Shown here piece by piece: positions 28,745-39,456 of a stretch of DNA of 64,000 nucleotides (its first letter is position 1; each line of letters starts with the position of its first letter). This stretch comes from an uncultured OCS116 cluster bacterium (lineage in GTDB: Bacteria; Pseudomonadota; Alphaproteobacteria; Rhizobiales; TMED25), in the NCBI GenBank assembly GCA_902538185.1, contig CACBED010000001.1, positions 111,434-175,433 on the forward strand, written 5' to 3'. The notes beneath the pieces are model-generated. The model searched no databases, was not told the origin of the DNA, and saw nothing but the letters and a program-made list of their open reading frames with translations. The position numbers and the translations under genes were made by a program.

Positions 28745-30616
28745 ATGAAGTTTGATTATGACGTTATTATTATTGGAGGTGGTCACGCGGGCTGCGAGGC
28801 AGCTGCAGCAGCAGCAAGATATGGCGCATCCTCTCTTCTTATAACTCATAAAAAATCTACTATAGGTGAAATGTCGTGTAACCCTGCGTTTGGGGGCCTG
28901 GGCAAAAGTCATCTTGCACGAGAGGTGGACGCTCTGGACGGAGTAATTGGTATTGCCTCTGATGAAGCTGCCATACAGTATAGGGTGCTTAATCAGAGAA
29001 AAGGACCTGCTGTAAGGGCGCCGCGAGTACAAGCTGACAGGAAAATATATAAAAAGGCAATGCAACGTATTTTGAGCCAATACAAAAACCTGACAGTACT
29101 AGAAAATGAATGCATTGGTCTCCTTATTGATGGGGGTGCTTGTTGTGGTGTGCAAACACTTAATAATGATGAAATATATGCAAAAGCTGTAGTCATAACA
29201 ACAGGAACATTTCTTAATGGCTTGATTCACATCGGAAAGAAAACTTATCCAGCAGGAAGAGTTGGAGATAAGCCATCACTTCACTTGTCGGACGTTTTTC
29301 AGGAGTTTGGCTTTCAGTTAGGTAGATTAAAAACAGGAACACCTCCAAGACTTGACGGAAGAACGATAGATTGGGCAGGCCTTGAAGAGCAGCAACCAGA
29401 TAAAGAACCAATTTATATGTCCTATCTCACTGATTGCATTCAGCAAGAACAAATATCATGTTTTATAACCAGAACAAATGATAAGACACATAACATAATT
29501 ATGAGTAACCTCGACAATGCTCCACTTTATTCTGGCCAAATAGAGTCAACAGGTCCACGTTACTGCCCATCTATCGAAGATAAGGTTGTTCGCTTCGGTG
29601 AACGTAATGGACACCAAATTTTCTTAGAGCCAGAGGGTTTAGATAATCATACTGTATACCCGAATGGTATTTCTACGTCGATTGATGAGAAAATCCAAGA
29701 AATTATGGTGCGTTCCATCAAGGGTCTTGAAAATGTTAAAATAGAAAGACCTGGTTATGCTATTGAATATGATTATATTGATCCAAGAGAATTAAAACTA
29801 ACTCTTGAGACCAAAAAAATTAGAAACTTATTCTTAGCGGGTCAAATTAATGGAACAACTGGATATGAAGAAGCTTCTGCCCAAGGATTAATTGCAGGAT
29901 TAAATGCTGCAATTAATTGTGTTGGTAGGCAAGAATTCATTCTAGATCGCTCTGATGCATATATCGGAGTAATGATTGATGACCTTGTGACAAAAGGTGT
30001 CACTGAGCCATATCGTATGTTCACATCAAGAGCAGAGTATCGTCTAACTCTGCGTATTGATAACGCGGATCAACGTCTAACCCAAAAAGGTATTGATCTT
30101 GGAATTATTAGAAAAAATAGAGAGGCTTCTTTCAACGCTAAATTAAGTGCAATCCACCATGCCATGAACCTTGTAACAAATCTAAAAATCACTCCAAATA
30201 GAGCTAAGCAGTATGGCTTGAAAATTAACCAAGATGGCAAAAAGAGGTCAGTTTTAGATTTAATTTCATACCCAAACATTAATTTAACCGATTTATACCC
30301 CATATGGCCTGAATTGCGTAAAATCGATAAGTCAGTGTCAGCACAGATCGAGTCTAACGCAATCTACTCGAAATATTTAGAGAGGCAAAGGCTTGAGATT
30401 GTATCTTTCAAGAAGGATGAGTCTTTGGTGATACCATTCGATATAGACTTTAATGATGTAAAGGGACTATCAAACGAAGCCCGTGATCGTGTATCGAAAA
30501 TGAAGCCTACCACAGTTGGACAATTATCAAGAATGGAGGGTATTGATCCCTCTACTGTTCTCAAGATATTGTCATATATAAAGGCCCATCGTAAAATCTC
30601 AGAAATGTCAGCATAG
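28745..30616 (+). CDS. mnmG: tRNA uridine-5-carboxymethylaminomethyl synthesis enzyme MnmG (GidA)
   Basis: FDVIIIGGGHAGCEAA FAD motif, GPRYCPSIEDK, and FLAGQINGTTGYEEA. Confidence 0.98.
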   Translation: MKFDYDVIIIGGGHAGCEAAAAAARYGASSLLITHKKSTIGEMSCNPAFGGLGKSHLAREVDALDGVIGIASDEAAIQYRVLNQRKGPAVRAPRVQADRKIYKKAMQRILSQYKNLTVLENECIGLLIDGGACCGVQTLNNDEIYAKAVVITTGTFLNGLIHIGKKTYPAGRVGDKPSLHLSDVFQEFGFQLGRLKTGTPPRLDGRTIDWAGLEEQQPDKEPIYMSYLTDCIQQEQISCFITRTNDKTHNIIMSNLDNAPLYSGQIESTGPRYCPSIEDKVVRFGERNGHQIFLEPEGLDNHTVYPNGISTSIDEKIQEIMVRSIKGLENVKIERPGYAIEYDYIDPRELKLTLETKKIRNLFLAGQINGTTGYEEASAQGLIAGLNAAINCVGRQEFILDRSDAYIGVMIDDLVTKGVTEPYRMFTSRAEYRLTLRIDNADQRLTQKGIDLGIIRKNREASFNAKLSAIHHAMNLVTNLKITPNRAKQYGLKINQDGKKRSVLDLISYPNINLTDLYPIWPELRKIDKSVSAQIESNAIYSKYLERQRLEIVSFKKDESLVIPFDIDFNDVKGLSNEARDRVSKMKPTTVGQLSRMEGIDPSTVLKILSYIKAHRKISEMSA

Positions 30617-30619
30617 ATC

Positions 30620-31249
30620 GTGACGGATAGAACATCAGTTATAAATTATATTGAGAGAAACTACGATGTTTCACGTGAAACAATCAGAAAACTAGACACG
30701 TATGTTGAGTCTTTGATTGAGTGGCAAAGTAAGTTCAATCTTATTGGAAAATCTACAATAAATTCTTTATGGCATAGGCACATATTAGACTCGATTCAGC
30801 TTGTGAGTACCCTACCTAGGGATTTTCAGAGTTTAATGGATATTGGTACTGGCGCAGGACTGCCAGGATTCATACTAGCAATTTATTACAATCAATCAGG
30901 TAAGGCTATATACTTAGTAGAATCAAATAAAAAGAAATGTACTTTTTTAGACTATGTTGCCGCGAGATGCAACGTGGATGTGAAAATATGCGCGGAGAGA
31001 CTTCAAGATCTGACAGTGAAGGATTCATTTAAAGTTGATGTTATTACTGCAAGGGCATTTTCAAATATCGACACCATAATGTCCTTATCTAAACCATATA
31101 CGCATAAAAAAACAAAATACTTGTTACAAAAAGGCGTTAATGCAAAAAGTGAGTTGACCAACGCAAAAATTTCATCAAAATTAAGAGTAAAGTTTATAAA
31201 TAGCATAACGCAGGAAAACTCATATATTCTTAATATTGAACGAAAATAA
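30620..31249 (+). CDS. rsmG: 16S rRNA (guanine527-N7)-methyltransferase RsmG (GidB)
   Basis: GTG start, DVSRET motif, and the SAM motif DIGTGAGLPG. Located between mnmG and parA. Confidence 0.93.
   Translation: MTDRTSVINYIERNYDVSRETIRKLDTYVESLIEWQSKFNLIGKSTINSLWHRHILDSIQLVSTLPRDFQSLMDIGTGAGLPGFILAIYYNQSGKAIYLVESNKKKCTFLDYVAARCNVDVKICAERLQDLTVKDSFKVDVITARAFSNIDTIMSLSKPYTHKKTKYLLQKGVNAKSELTNAKISSKLRVKFINSITQENSYILNIERK
30667..30682. promoter_or_regulatory. parS: parS centromere site (perfect palindrome TGTTTCACGTGAAACA)
   Basis: Exact 16/16 match to the canonical chromosomal parS consensus. It lies inside rsmG, encoding codons 17-21 (V-S-R-E-T), 567 bp upstream of the parA start. Confidence 0.85.
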
Positions 31250-32073
31250 TGTTTGGATTAAAGAAGAATAATAATAAGGCCAAAATATTTGCATTTGCCA
31301 ACCAAAAGGGTGGTGTTGGAAAGACAACAACAGCGATTAACCTCGGTTGTGCAATAGCAGGTGCAGGCGAGAAAGTGCTGATCATTGATTTGGATCCTCA
31401 GGGAAATGCTTCCACCGGCTTGGGTATAAACAAAGATGATAGAAAGTACTCTACATATGATATTTTAACCAGTGAGCAAACTATCATAGACATAAAGTTT
31501 GAAACACTTGTACAAAATCTTGATATTGTCCCATCAACACTCGATCTGCTAGGTTTAGAGGCGATTCTGGCAGATGATAATCAAAAGTCATATAAGTTAA
31601 AGCTAGCAGTTGCAGAGCTTGAGGTGCAAAGTAAAAATGAATATGATTATATTCTTATAGATTGTCCACCATCATTAAATCTATTAACTATAAATGCCTT
31701 AGCTGCTGCAGATGCGCTAATTGTGCCATTGCAATGTGAATTTTACGCCCTTGAAGGTCTGGGTCAACTATTAGAGACTGTCGAACATGTTCGCGAAACC
31801 CTGAATAAAGATCTGTTAATACATGGCGTGCTTTTGACTATGTTTGACGAAAGAAACAATCTTTCAGGTCAAGTTGCAAAAGATGTTAGGGATTTTCTCG
31901 GTGATAAAGTATACAAAACAGTAATTCCAAGGAATGTAAGAGTTTCTGAAGCACCATCCTATGGAAAGCCTGTCATTCTATATGATTATAAGTGCCAAGG
32001 CTCTCAAGCCTACATGAGCTTGGCAGCGGAAGTTTTAAAAAAAGATAAGATCGCACTAAACAGTAATTTATAA
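31249..32073 (+). CDS. parA: chromosome partitioning ATPase ParA
   Basis: Deviant Walker A NQKGGVGKTT, plus IIDLDPQGN and the ILIDCPPSL motif. Confidence 0.96.
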   Translation: MFGLKKNNNKAKIFAFANQKGGVGKTTTAINLGCAIAGAGEKVLIIDLDPQGNASTGLGINKDDRKYSTYDILTSEQTIIDIKFETLVQNLDIVPSTLDLLGLEAILADDNQKSYKLKLAVAELEVQSKNEYDYILIDCPPSLNLLTINALAAADALIVPLQCEFYALEGLGQLLETVEHVRETLNKDLLIHGVLLTMFDERNNLSGQVAKDVRDFLGDKVYKTVIPRNVRVSEAPSYGKPVILYDYKCQGSQAYMSLAAEVLKKDKIALNSNL

Positions 32074-32089
32074 AAACAGGGGACCTACA

Positions 32090-32971
32090 GTGGCAGAGCA
32101 ACAAACAAACACATCGACTTCAAGACTTGGCAGAGGCTTGGCCTCACTAATTGGGGACGTCCCAAAAGATGTTACATCCATTGAAAGCCAACAGGAATTC
32201 AATGTTGAAAGGCTCCCAATTGAAAAAATCCAGGCAAATAAACAAAATCCACGTAGCGTATTTGCTGAGGATGAGCTTGTAGATTTAGCCAACTCAATTA
32301 AAGAGAAAGGTGTTGTCCAACCGATTATTGTGAGAGAAATTGATAATTCAGGATCATACGAGGTTATTGCTGGAGAGAGGCGGTGGAGGGCTGCACAAAT
32401 TGCTCAGTTAGATAATATACCAGCTATAGTAAAAAAATTATCTGATGATGATGCGCTAGAAATTGCAATTATAGAAAATGTACAAAGAAGTAATTTGAAC
32501 CCAGTGGATGAGGCAACTGGCTATCAGAGACTAATTGATATCTATAATTATACACAGGAAGATTTAGCACGGGTAATTGGCAAGAGCAGGAGTTATATCG
32601 CTAATATACTACGCCTAAATAACTTACCAACAAAAGTAAAAGACTATTTATCAGAGGGGCTGTTAACAATTGGTCATGCAAGGGCATTGGTATCTCTGGA
32701 AAATGCTGAAAATCTTGCTGACATGATCGTATCAAAGGGTTTGAGTGTCAGGCAAATAGAACATCTAGTTAAAAATCCAGTAGGATCCCAGAAAAAAACT
32801 AAGAATACATCAATTAAGGATAAGAATGTAAGCTCACTTGAGAAGTTAATGACAGATGCAATTGGTCTTAAAGTGCAAATCCATGCTAAAGATCAGAAAT
32901 CAGGGAGAGTTATCATAAATTATACAAGTGATCAGCATCTCGAGCTTGTAAAAGACAAATTATTAGGCTAA
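32090..32971 (+). CDS. parB: chromosome partitioning protein ParB
   Basis: GTG start, RLGRGLASLI box, the arginine patch GERRWRAA, and a helix-turn-helix LARVIGKSRSYIAN. Confidence 0.96.
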   Translation: MAEQQTNTSTSRLGRGLASLIGDVPKDVTSIESQQEFNVERLPIEKIQANKQNPRSVFAEDELVDLANSIKEKGVVQPIIVREIDNSGSYEVIAGERRWRAAQIAQLDNIPAIVKKLSDDDALEIAIIENVQRSNLNPVDEATGYQRLIDIYNYTQEDLARVIGKSRSYIANILRLNNLPTKVKDYLSEGLLTIGHARALVSLENAENLADMIVSKGLSVRQIEHLVKNPVGSQKKTKNTSIKDKNVSSLEKLMTDAIGLKVQIHAKDQKSGRVIINYTSDQHLELVKDKLLG

Positions 32972-33981
32972 TTCTTCAGAGTAGATATTTTTAGAAGACA
33001 CCTTTCCGTTAGCTCAACAGATAAATCGTTATTTATCCTTGTCTCAAGTGTTGTTTCCGACAAAATCTCAATTACATCACTCAAGATATCTTTATTCCAG
33101 GTATTAAGCTGCTTCTGCAAAGATGGATGTCTTTTGAAAAAGATGGGTGGTTTTGAATTTTCAATTACGTGTTTGTTTGGTAAATTTAAGTCTTCTTTTT
33201 CTGCTAATAATTCCATTAATTTTATGACATGATTTGATGTAATAATTAAAATTTGTGCAGGACTGAATTCATTTATGACTGAATGATAAAGTCGACTTAC
33301 GCTTTTTGTTTTTTTTTCAAATACTGTGTCAACTAAATCCGTAACAATTATATTTGATGAGGATACTATGATTGACTCCACATCTGATTTGCTAATCTCA
33401 TCACCACTTTGATGGTAGTTTAAAATCTTTTCAATTTCAGATATTGTATTGCCATAGTCATTACCCAGAGATGCCACAATCAGTTCTTTTGCATCCTTGT
33501 CCATAGCAAGATCTCTCTCTTTTAGTTTGTTATTAAGTAAATTCATTATATCAATATTCGAACTATTGTAGCATGGGATCACTATAAAATTCTTATCATT
33601 CTCAAACGCTTTTCTTGAGGGTGAAGTTGTCTTTAACTCGCCTGCATTGATTATTAGGATTGATTGACTCTTTGAGTCGATTATGCAGTCAACTTGCTCT
33701 TTGCTGAGATCAGAAGTCAAATCTAGTAATATAACCCTTTTGTCATTAGTCAGTGCATAAGTATCCAGCTCGTCAGTCAGTAATCCAGGATTATCATTTA
33801 ACTGAGTACTGTTTATTGTAGATAATAAAAAAGGGTCATTTTGGTTTGGGATGTAGTGATTGACAAGCGCCTTTGTTCTGTAATTTATTAGCCCGCTGTC
33901 TTGGCCATGTATCAATATACCTTGTATATCATCACTTGGTTTTTTTATAAAATCATCAGCTTGTTTGTTGCGTAGTATCAC
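32968..33981 (-). CDS. holA: DNA polymerase III delta subunit
   Basis: About 337 aa. Position holA-lptE-leuS is conserved in proteobacteria. The N-terminal clamp-loader delta pattern (ILIHGQDSGLI) is weakly conserved overall. Confidence 0.75.
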   Translation of the reverse strand: MILRNKQADDFIKKPSDDIQGILIHGQDSGLINYRTKALVNHYIPNQNDPFLLSTINSTQLNDNPGLLTDELDTYALTNDKRVILLDLTSDLSKEQVDCIIDSKSQSILIINAGELKTTSPSRKAFENDKNFIVIPCYNSSNIDIMNLLNNKLKERDLAMDKDAKELIVASLGNDYGNTISEIEKILNYHQSGDEISKSDVESIIVSSSNIIVTDLVDTVFEKKTKSVSRLYHSVINEFSPAQILIITSNHVIKLMELLAEKEDLNLPNKHVIENSKPPIFFKRHPSLQKQLNTWNKDILSDVIEILSETTLETRINNDLSVELTERCLLKISTLKN

Positions 33982-34005
33982 CGTCTTGTTGCCAGCTTTA
34001 GATAA

Positions 34006-34515
34006 TTAATTCATCAATTTTGGATGGTTTAGAGATATTTGCTTATTAATGACAGATGCAACTTCTTTTGCGATTAGGTTGTATGTAGATATTTCTGCCT
34101 GAGCATTATTATATTCGGAAGACGAAAGCGTGAAAGTATTGAAGACACGCGCTGAGTTTGAGTAAACCAACTCTCTGAATTCAGTGATCCTGAATATTTT
34201 ATATTCTACTTCAACCTCAAGCTGCATGCGCTTTGCTTCACCTGATGAGTCAATAAGAAGAGGATTTTTTTCAATGCTAATTTGAAAATCCATTTCTAGT
34301 TTGGATTTACCTCGTTCAGCGTTTTGTCCCATGTATTTCAATATCTCATTCCGGACAATCTGATGGTTTCTGTCTGTGGTGTCATTAATATAGATTTCAC
34401 TCATGATTACTTGCGAGTTACTATTGATGCCATACATAGGCGAAAAGGAGCACCCAATAATGATTGGAAGAAACATCAGTATAAAACATAAATGTCTAAC
34501 TTTAGATAACAACAT
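34006..34515 (-). CDS. lptE: LPS-assembly lipoprotein LptE (RlpB)
   Basis: Lipobox IIGC|S. Size and position immediately downstream of, and overlapping, leuS. Confidence 0.75.
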   Translation of the reverse strand: MLLSKVRHLCFILMFLPIIIGCSFSPMYGINSNSQVIMSEIYINDTTDRNHQIVRNEILKYMGQNAERGKSKLEMDFQISIEKNPLLIDSSGEAKRMQLEVEVEYKIFRITEFRELVYSNSARVFNTFTLSSSEYNNAQAEISTYNLIAKEVASVINKQISLNHPKLMN

Positions 34516-37102
34516 TTAGGATCCTATTTGGGACATATATAATTTTTCTAATCTCAGAATTAATTGATTTACTAACATTATCAATTTTCATAGCGGCAGC
34601 TTCAACATCATCTTGTGATAATCCTTTAGCTACTTCAATTTCTCCTCTTTTTTTACCATTTACTTGCACTACAATAAGAACCTTGTCTTCCTGAATGTAT
34701 TTTTCAATTAATTGAGGCCACTCTCTTAGAGAAATTATATCATTACAACCAATTATTTTCCAACACTCTTCTGCTAAATGTGGTGCCATCGGGGCAAAAA
34801 GTTGGCAATACGTCTCAAGAAGCTCTCTAAATGAGTATAACTCACTGATATCATTGAATATTTTATCTTTATTTATTAAGTTCTGTATCTCATTAGAAAG
34901 CTCATAAATATGTGCAATCGCCCTATTAAACCGCAAGTTTTCAAGTGCGTCAGTAATATCTTTTATAGCCTTATGGGTTATTTTCCTAATGATAAGTGCA
35001 TTTTCTGTAAATTCCTTTGGTATAACAATTTCATTTCCAGAAATTAGAGATGCCCCATCATTAATAATTTTCCAGATCCTTTGGATAAAACGAGATGAGG
35101 CTTCGGCCCCTTTATCAGTCCACTGAATATCTCTTTCTGGCGGGGTGTCTGACAAAATAAACCATCTAGCAGTATCGGCACCAAAGGTTTCTACTATTGA
35201 TTGAGGGTCAATGATATTTTTTTTCGATTTTGACATAGACTCAATGGGCCCAACTGTCACAGGTTCGCCAGTTTTGATGTGAACAGGATTATTTCCATCA
35301 AGCACAACTTCTTCAGGAAATAACCAATTACCAGAAGCGTCCTTGTAAGTTTCATGTGTTACCATTCCCTGTGTAAATAATCCTGAAAAAGGCTCATCTA
35401 ATGACAGATGCCCAGTCTCTTTCATTGCACGAGTAAAAAATCTTGAATACAGGAGATGAAGTATAGCATGCTCTACACCACCTATATATTGATCTACAGG
35501 CAACCAATAGTCGACTGACTCTCCACTGACTGGTTGATTTGCGTTCGGGCTGCAAAATCTTGCAAAATACCAAGATGAGTCTACAAATGTATCAAATGTA
35601 TCTGTTTCCCTTGTTGCGTCTTTTTGGCAGTTAGGGCACTTTACCTTTTTCCATGTTGGATGTATCTCAAGAGGGTTACCAGGAATGCTGAAATCAACAT
35701 TATCGGGTAATCTTACGGGTAAGTCATCATCAGGTACCTCTTGAACACCACAATTATCACAATGAATAATGGGTATGGGACAGCCCCAATATCTCTGTCG
35801 GGATACACCCCAGTCACGCAGACGATATGTAATTTTCTTTTGACCTTGAGGTAATCCATCAATTTCATTTTTTGAAATTCTCTCTGCTACAGCGTCTTTT
35901 GCCTGTTCGATTGTTTTTCCATCTAGGAAATCTGAATTAAAAATTGTCCCATCTCCAGAATAAGCTTCATCTCCTATATGGAAGTCAGCTTTTTCTTTAT
36001 CTTCTGGTAATACAACTGGTATAACTTCCAAATTATATTTACGTGCAAAATCCAGATCTCTTTGGTCATGCGCCGGGCAGCCAAATATTGCTCCTGTTCC
36101 GTACTCCATCAAGACAAAATTTGCGATATAGACATCTAGATCTTTATTTTTTATGAATGGGTGCTTAACTTTAACCCCAGTATTAAATCCTATTTTTTCA
36201 GCTTTTTCGATTTCGGCTAATGTTGTTCCTTTCGATCTGCACTCCTTGATGAAACTTGAAATTTCAGGATTTGTTTTTTCAAGTTCTTTAGTTATTGGAT
36301 GGTCTGCTGCTATCGCAACAAAGCTTGCTCCGAAAAGAGTGTCAGGTCTCGTAGTAAAAACATCAATTGTTTTGTAATCACTATCGGTTACATTTGCTAT
36401 TTCAAATTTAAATTGTAAGCCAGTTGACTGTCCTATCCAATGATTTTGCATTGTTTTGACCTTATCCGGCCATTTATCTAAGCTCTCAAGCCTGCTGAGT
36501 AGATCACTTGCATAGTTTGTAATATTGAAAAACCATTGAGTGAGCTCTTTTATTTCAACTTCTGCACCAGACCTCCAACCTTTTCCATCTATGACTTGCT
36601 CATTGGCAAGAACAGTATTATCTACTGGGTCCCAGTTGACTTTTGATTTTTTTCTCCCAACGAGGCCTTTCTTGTAGAAATCTAAAAATAATCTTTGCTC
36701 ATGCTGGTAATATTCAGGGTCGCATGTCGCAATTTCTCGTGACCAGTCAATAGAAAGCCCTAGCAATTTTAGCTGTTCACGCATATTTGAAATATTTTGA
36801 TAAGTCCATTTTGCGGGGTGTATGTTATTTTGCATAGCAGCATTTTCCGCTGGCATCCCAAAAGCATCCCATCCCATTGGATGGAGAACATTAAACCCTC
36901 TGGCTCTTTTGTATCTGGCGACAACATCACCCATGGTATAGTTACGTACATGCCCCATATGGATTTTTCCCGAGGGATAAGGAAACATTTCTAGTACATA
37001 ATATTTTTGTTTCGAATAATCTTCTTTGGCGTGGAAGATTTTTTCAGCTTCCCATTTATTCTGCCATTTCTCCTCTACTTCTCTGTGATTATATCGTTGC
37101 AT
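34502..37102 (-). CDS. leuS: leucine--tRNA ligase
   Basis: HMGH class I motif ([12 protein letters not shown]), KMSKS (SMSKSKKN), and the CP1 editing domain; 866 aa. Confidence 0.98.
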   Translation of the reverse strand: MQRYNHREVEEKWQNKWEAEKIFHAKEDYSKQKYYVLEMFPYPSGKIHMGHVRNYTMGDVVARYKRARGFNVLHPMGWDAFGMPAENAAMQNNIHPAKWTYQNISNMREQLKLLGLSIDWSREIATCDPEYYQHEQRLFLDFYKKGLVGRKKSKVNWDPVDNTVLANEQVIDGKGWRSGAEVEIKELTQWFFNITNYASDLLSRLESLDKWPDKVKTMQNHWIGQSTGLQFKFEIANVTDSDYKTIDVFTTRPDTLFGASFVAIAADHPITKELEKTNPEISSFIKECRSKGTTLAEIEKAEKIGFNTGVKVKHPFIKNKDLDVYIANFVLMEYGTGAIFGCPAHDQRDLDFARKYNLEVIPVVLPEDKEKADFHIGDEAYSGDGTIFNSDFLDGKTIEQAKDAVAERISKNEIDGLPQGQKKITYRLRDWGVSRQRYWGCPIPIIHCDNCGVQEVPDDDLPVRLPDNVDFSIPGNPLEIHPTWKKVKCPNCQKDATRETDTFDTFVDSSWYFARFCSPNANQPVSGESVDYWLPVDQYIGGVEHAILHLLYSRFFTRAMKETGHLSLDEPFSGLFTQGMVTHETYKDASGNWLFPEEVVLDGNNPVHIKTGEPVTVGPIESMSKSKKNIIDPQSIVETFGADTARWFILSDTPPERDIQWTDKGAEASSRFIQRIWKIINDGASLISGNEIVIPKEFTENALIIRKITHKAIKDITDALENLRFNRAIAHIYELSNEIQNLINKDKIFNDISELYSFRELLETYCQLFAPMAPHLAEECWKIIGCNDIISLREWPQLIEKYIQEDKVLIVVQVNGKKRGEIEVAKGLSQDDVEAAAMKIDNVSKSINSEIRKIIYVPNRILNVVI

Positions 37103-37113
37103 GGTGTGTCAGA

Positions 37114-37641
37114 TTATTCTTGTTTCATCTGGCGTGCTTTTGTGAGTATACTATTTTCTAATTGAAAACGAGTGTCCTCGTTTGTTGAAACATTTACCCA
37201 CTCGCCATCAAGATTTTGTTGCATAAATAGTGAAACTCGTACCGCATCTGCCCTCAGCCGGGTATCAAGAATATATATGGTGATTTTATATCTTTCCTTT
37301 GGATTATTTGGATTATTATACCATTCAGTTATAATCACCCCTCCAAAGGGATCGGCCTCTTCCAGAGGCATAAATGAGATCGTGTCTAGTGATGCACGCC
37401 ACAAAAGAGAATTAACACCTATAACCGCACCGCTATCTCGAACATCACTCCCAAACAGTTTTAAGGAGTCTTGGATTTTACCTTTTGGACCACCATCTCT
37501 CTTTGCTTGCCGTTCCTCTAAATTTTGACGTGCTGTATCAGCATCCATCCAACCAGGCATATTGAAGCCTGTTGCGCACCCTGATAAGGAAAAAGTAAGG
37601 AGAAGCAAAAATATTGCTTTTGTGGGCTGACATATTCTCAT
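37114..37641 (-). CDS. DUF3576-type lipoprotein
   Basis: Lipobox LSGC|A. Conserved alphaproteobacterial gene upstream of leuS, with the LLWRASLDTISFMPL motif. Confidence 0.7.
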   Translation of the reverse strand: MRICQPTKAIFLLLLTFSLSGCATGFNMPGWMDADTARQNLEERQAKRDGGPKGKIQDSLKLFGSDVRDSGAVIGVNSLLWRASLDTISFMPLEEADPFGGVIITEWYNNPNNPKERYKITIYILDTRLRADAVRVSLFMQQNLDGEWVNVSTNEDTRFQLENSILTKARQMKQE

Positions 37642-37884
37642 TATTTTATTCTTAGATTATTCAAAAATTTATTCATAAAAAAACCATAAATGTCAAATTA
37701 TTTGGTAGTAAAAAATAAAGCCAGAACTATGTCAACAAAATAAAAATTAACAAAATATTAAAGACTGTAACCTAGAAACAACATTATAAATATAATTATA
37801 TTTTTGTAATGTATACTTCATTGACTGCACTTAATATTATATTAGACTACAATTCACATAACAAAAGATTAATACACAAGCCTT

Positions 37885-39153
37885 ATGATAAAAATATTCC
37901 CTATGATAAAAATATTTTCTATACCCTTTTTGTTAATGATACAGCTTTCCACTTTCGCTATAGCTGGTAATGCACCCAATGGTGATAATGAAAGCGCCTT
38001 TACCACTTTTGGTAATTTAACAGTAGATGGAGCTTTTGTCTCCGGAACCTGCTTTGCCACCGCAGATGCAGCAGATGTTTTTGGGAATGAGTTGAACAGG
38101 GCTACAATATCGGAAGACCTACAAACAATTGGTTTCGGTACAGGTAAGACGATCAATGATCAAGCAACTATGACGTTTGATCAGGATCCTTGTAACGAAA
38201 GAGATGAAAAAAATTTCCAGCTCGAGATGGAAGAAGTGACATTTGGGTTATCAAGTCAGTTATCTAATGATTTGACACTATCGATCTCAAATACATTTAA
38301 CCTAGATGAACAATCTTTAACGCCTGAGTTAACACTCGAGGGTAATTATGGTAAATTAGTATTGAGTGAGTCATCTTCAGCTCTCGCCGAACTGCTAATT
38401 GGGACAACTGGATCAGGAGCGAAAACGGCTATTGACGTCGTTCAAGATGGACATGTAAAAAATACTACCGGTTTAGACGATAATTACAGTCTAACATACT
38501 ATACCCCATCTTTTTCTGGTGTTGAGCTTGGTATTGGGACGTCATTAACCAGTAGAAATATTGGCACAAGTGACTCCGATTACTCAACAATGTCCCTCGG
38601 CATCGGCTATGAGACCTACATTGGGGAAACTGTCATTTCCCTTGGTGGTGGTGTTGAAAAAGCAACGAACAAAGTGGATGATCTATCTAGTTGCTTGGAT
38701 GCTGATCTTGTAAAAGCGGAGGCAGCTACGAGCGCGGATGCTTTCTTTGACGGTCTATATGGTGGAAGTCCATGCGGGGATGAGCTTCTCTCGGCAATAG
38801 GAATGGAGCTTTCTATCGATAATTACACACTTTCTTCGGCCTTCTCGCATCTCAACACAGATAATGCGGACTCTAATGTCTGGTCAGTTGGTTTTGGAAG
38901 TTCCGTCAAAGATGTTGATTACACCGTTGGGTTTACACAAGAATCCCTGGACTATGCACGAGATAAAACAAATAATGACAAAGTTGAAGATATCTCAACT
39001 ATATTGTCGTTAGATGCATCGAAACCACTAAACGAGAGCCTCGATCTTGGGCTAAGTTTATCTAGTTCAGAAACAGATAATGTGTCTCAAGAACAAGGGC
39101 AAGGAACGACAACAGCTTGGCGCGCGGGTGTCTCCTTATCATTTGGTTTCTAA
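37885..39153 (+). CDS. outer-membrane beta-barrel porin, acidic (paralogue 1)
   Basis: Signal peptide ending AIA|G, alternating beta-strand pattern, and a C-terminal ...AGVSLSFGF with terminal Phe. The start could instead be the second ATG at 37903, because the first 18 bp are tandemly duplicated. Confidence 0.75.
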   Translation: MIKIFPMIKIFSIPFLLMIQLSTFAIAGNAPNGDNESAFTTFGNLTVDGAFVSGTCFATADAADVFGNELNRATISEDLQTIGFGTGKTINDQATMTFDQDPCNERDEKNFQLEMEEVTFGLSSQLSNDLTLSISNTFNLDEQSLTPELTLEGNYGKLVLSESSSALAELLIGTTGSGAKTAIDVVQDGHVKNTTGLDDNYSLTYYTPSFSGVELGIGTSLTSRNIGTSDSDYSTMSLGIGYETYIGETVISLGGGVEKATNKVDDLSSCLDADLVKAEAATSADAFFDGLYGGSPCGDELLSAIGMELSIDNYTLSSAFSHLNTDNADSNVWSVGFGSSVKDVDYTVGFTQESLDYARDKTNNDKVEDISTILSLDASKPLNESLDLGLSLSSSETDNVSQEQGQGTTTAWRAGVSLSFGF

Positions 39154-39198
39154 TACTACTTTACTAAATAAATCTATTTATAAACTGCAAATCATATT

Positions 39199-39233
39199 AA
39201 CGATTGTTTTTCATTATCAGGCGGTCGTTTTTT
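39199..39233 (+). terminator. hairpin plus T-run downstream of porin 1 (intrinsic terminator candidate)
   Basis: AACGATTG (39199-39206) pairs with CGGTCGTT (39222-39229) including two G:U pairs. The loop is long (15 nt). T residues run to 39233. Confidence 0.35.
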
Positions 39234-39456
39234 GGTGTAGTGTAGTTTGTGTGTGTTGCCAAGATCCTAACAGAGTCTTAATTAATGTTGTATTTATGTC
39301 ACACTAAAAAATAAAGTACAAAAAAGCCTCTATTCTTTCTTGATACCAAACGATTTTTTGATAAATTAGCGTTGTATGCACGGTGTATGTGCATCGTGCG
39401 TTATTTTATATAAAATAACTTTATTATTAACTTTTTTTATTATGAAAGGAAAAATC

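Noticed and set aside
39376-39456. Upstream extension of porin 2 (MHGVCASCVILYKITLLLTFFIMKGKI...) as given in the ORF track.
   Set aside because: The extension has no Shine-Dalgarno and runs through the hairpin-containing leader. ATG 39457 has an AAAGGA Shine-Dalgarno 6 nt upstream and yields a canonical signal peptide.
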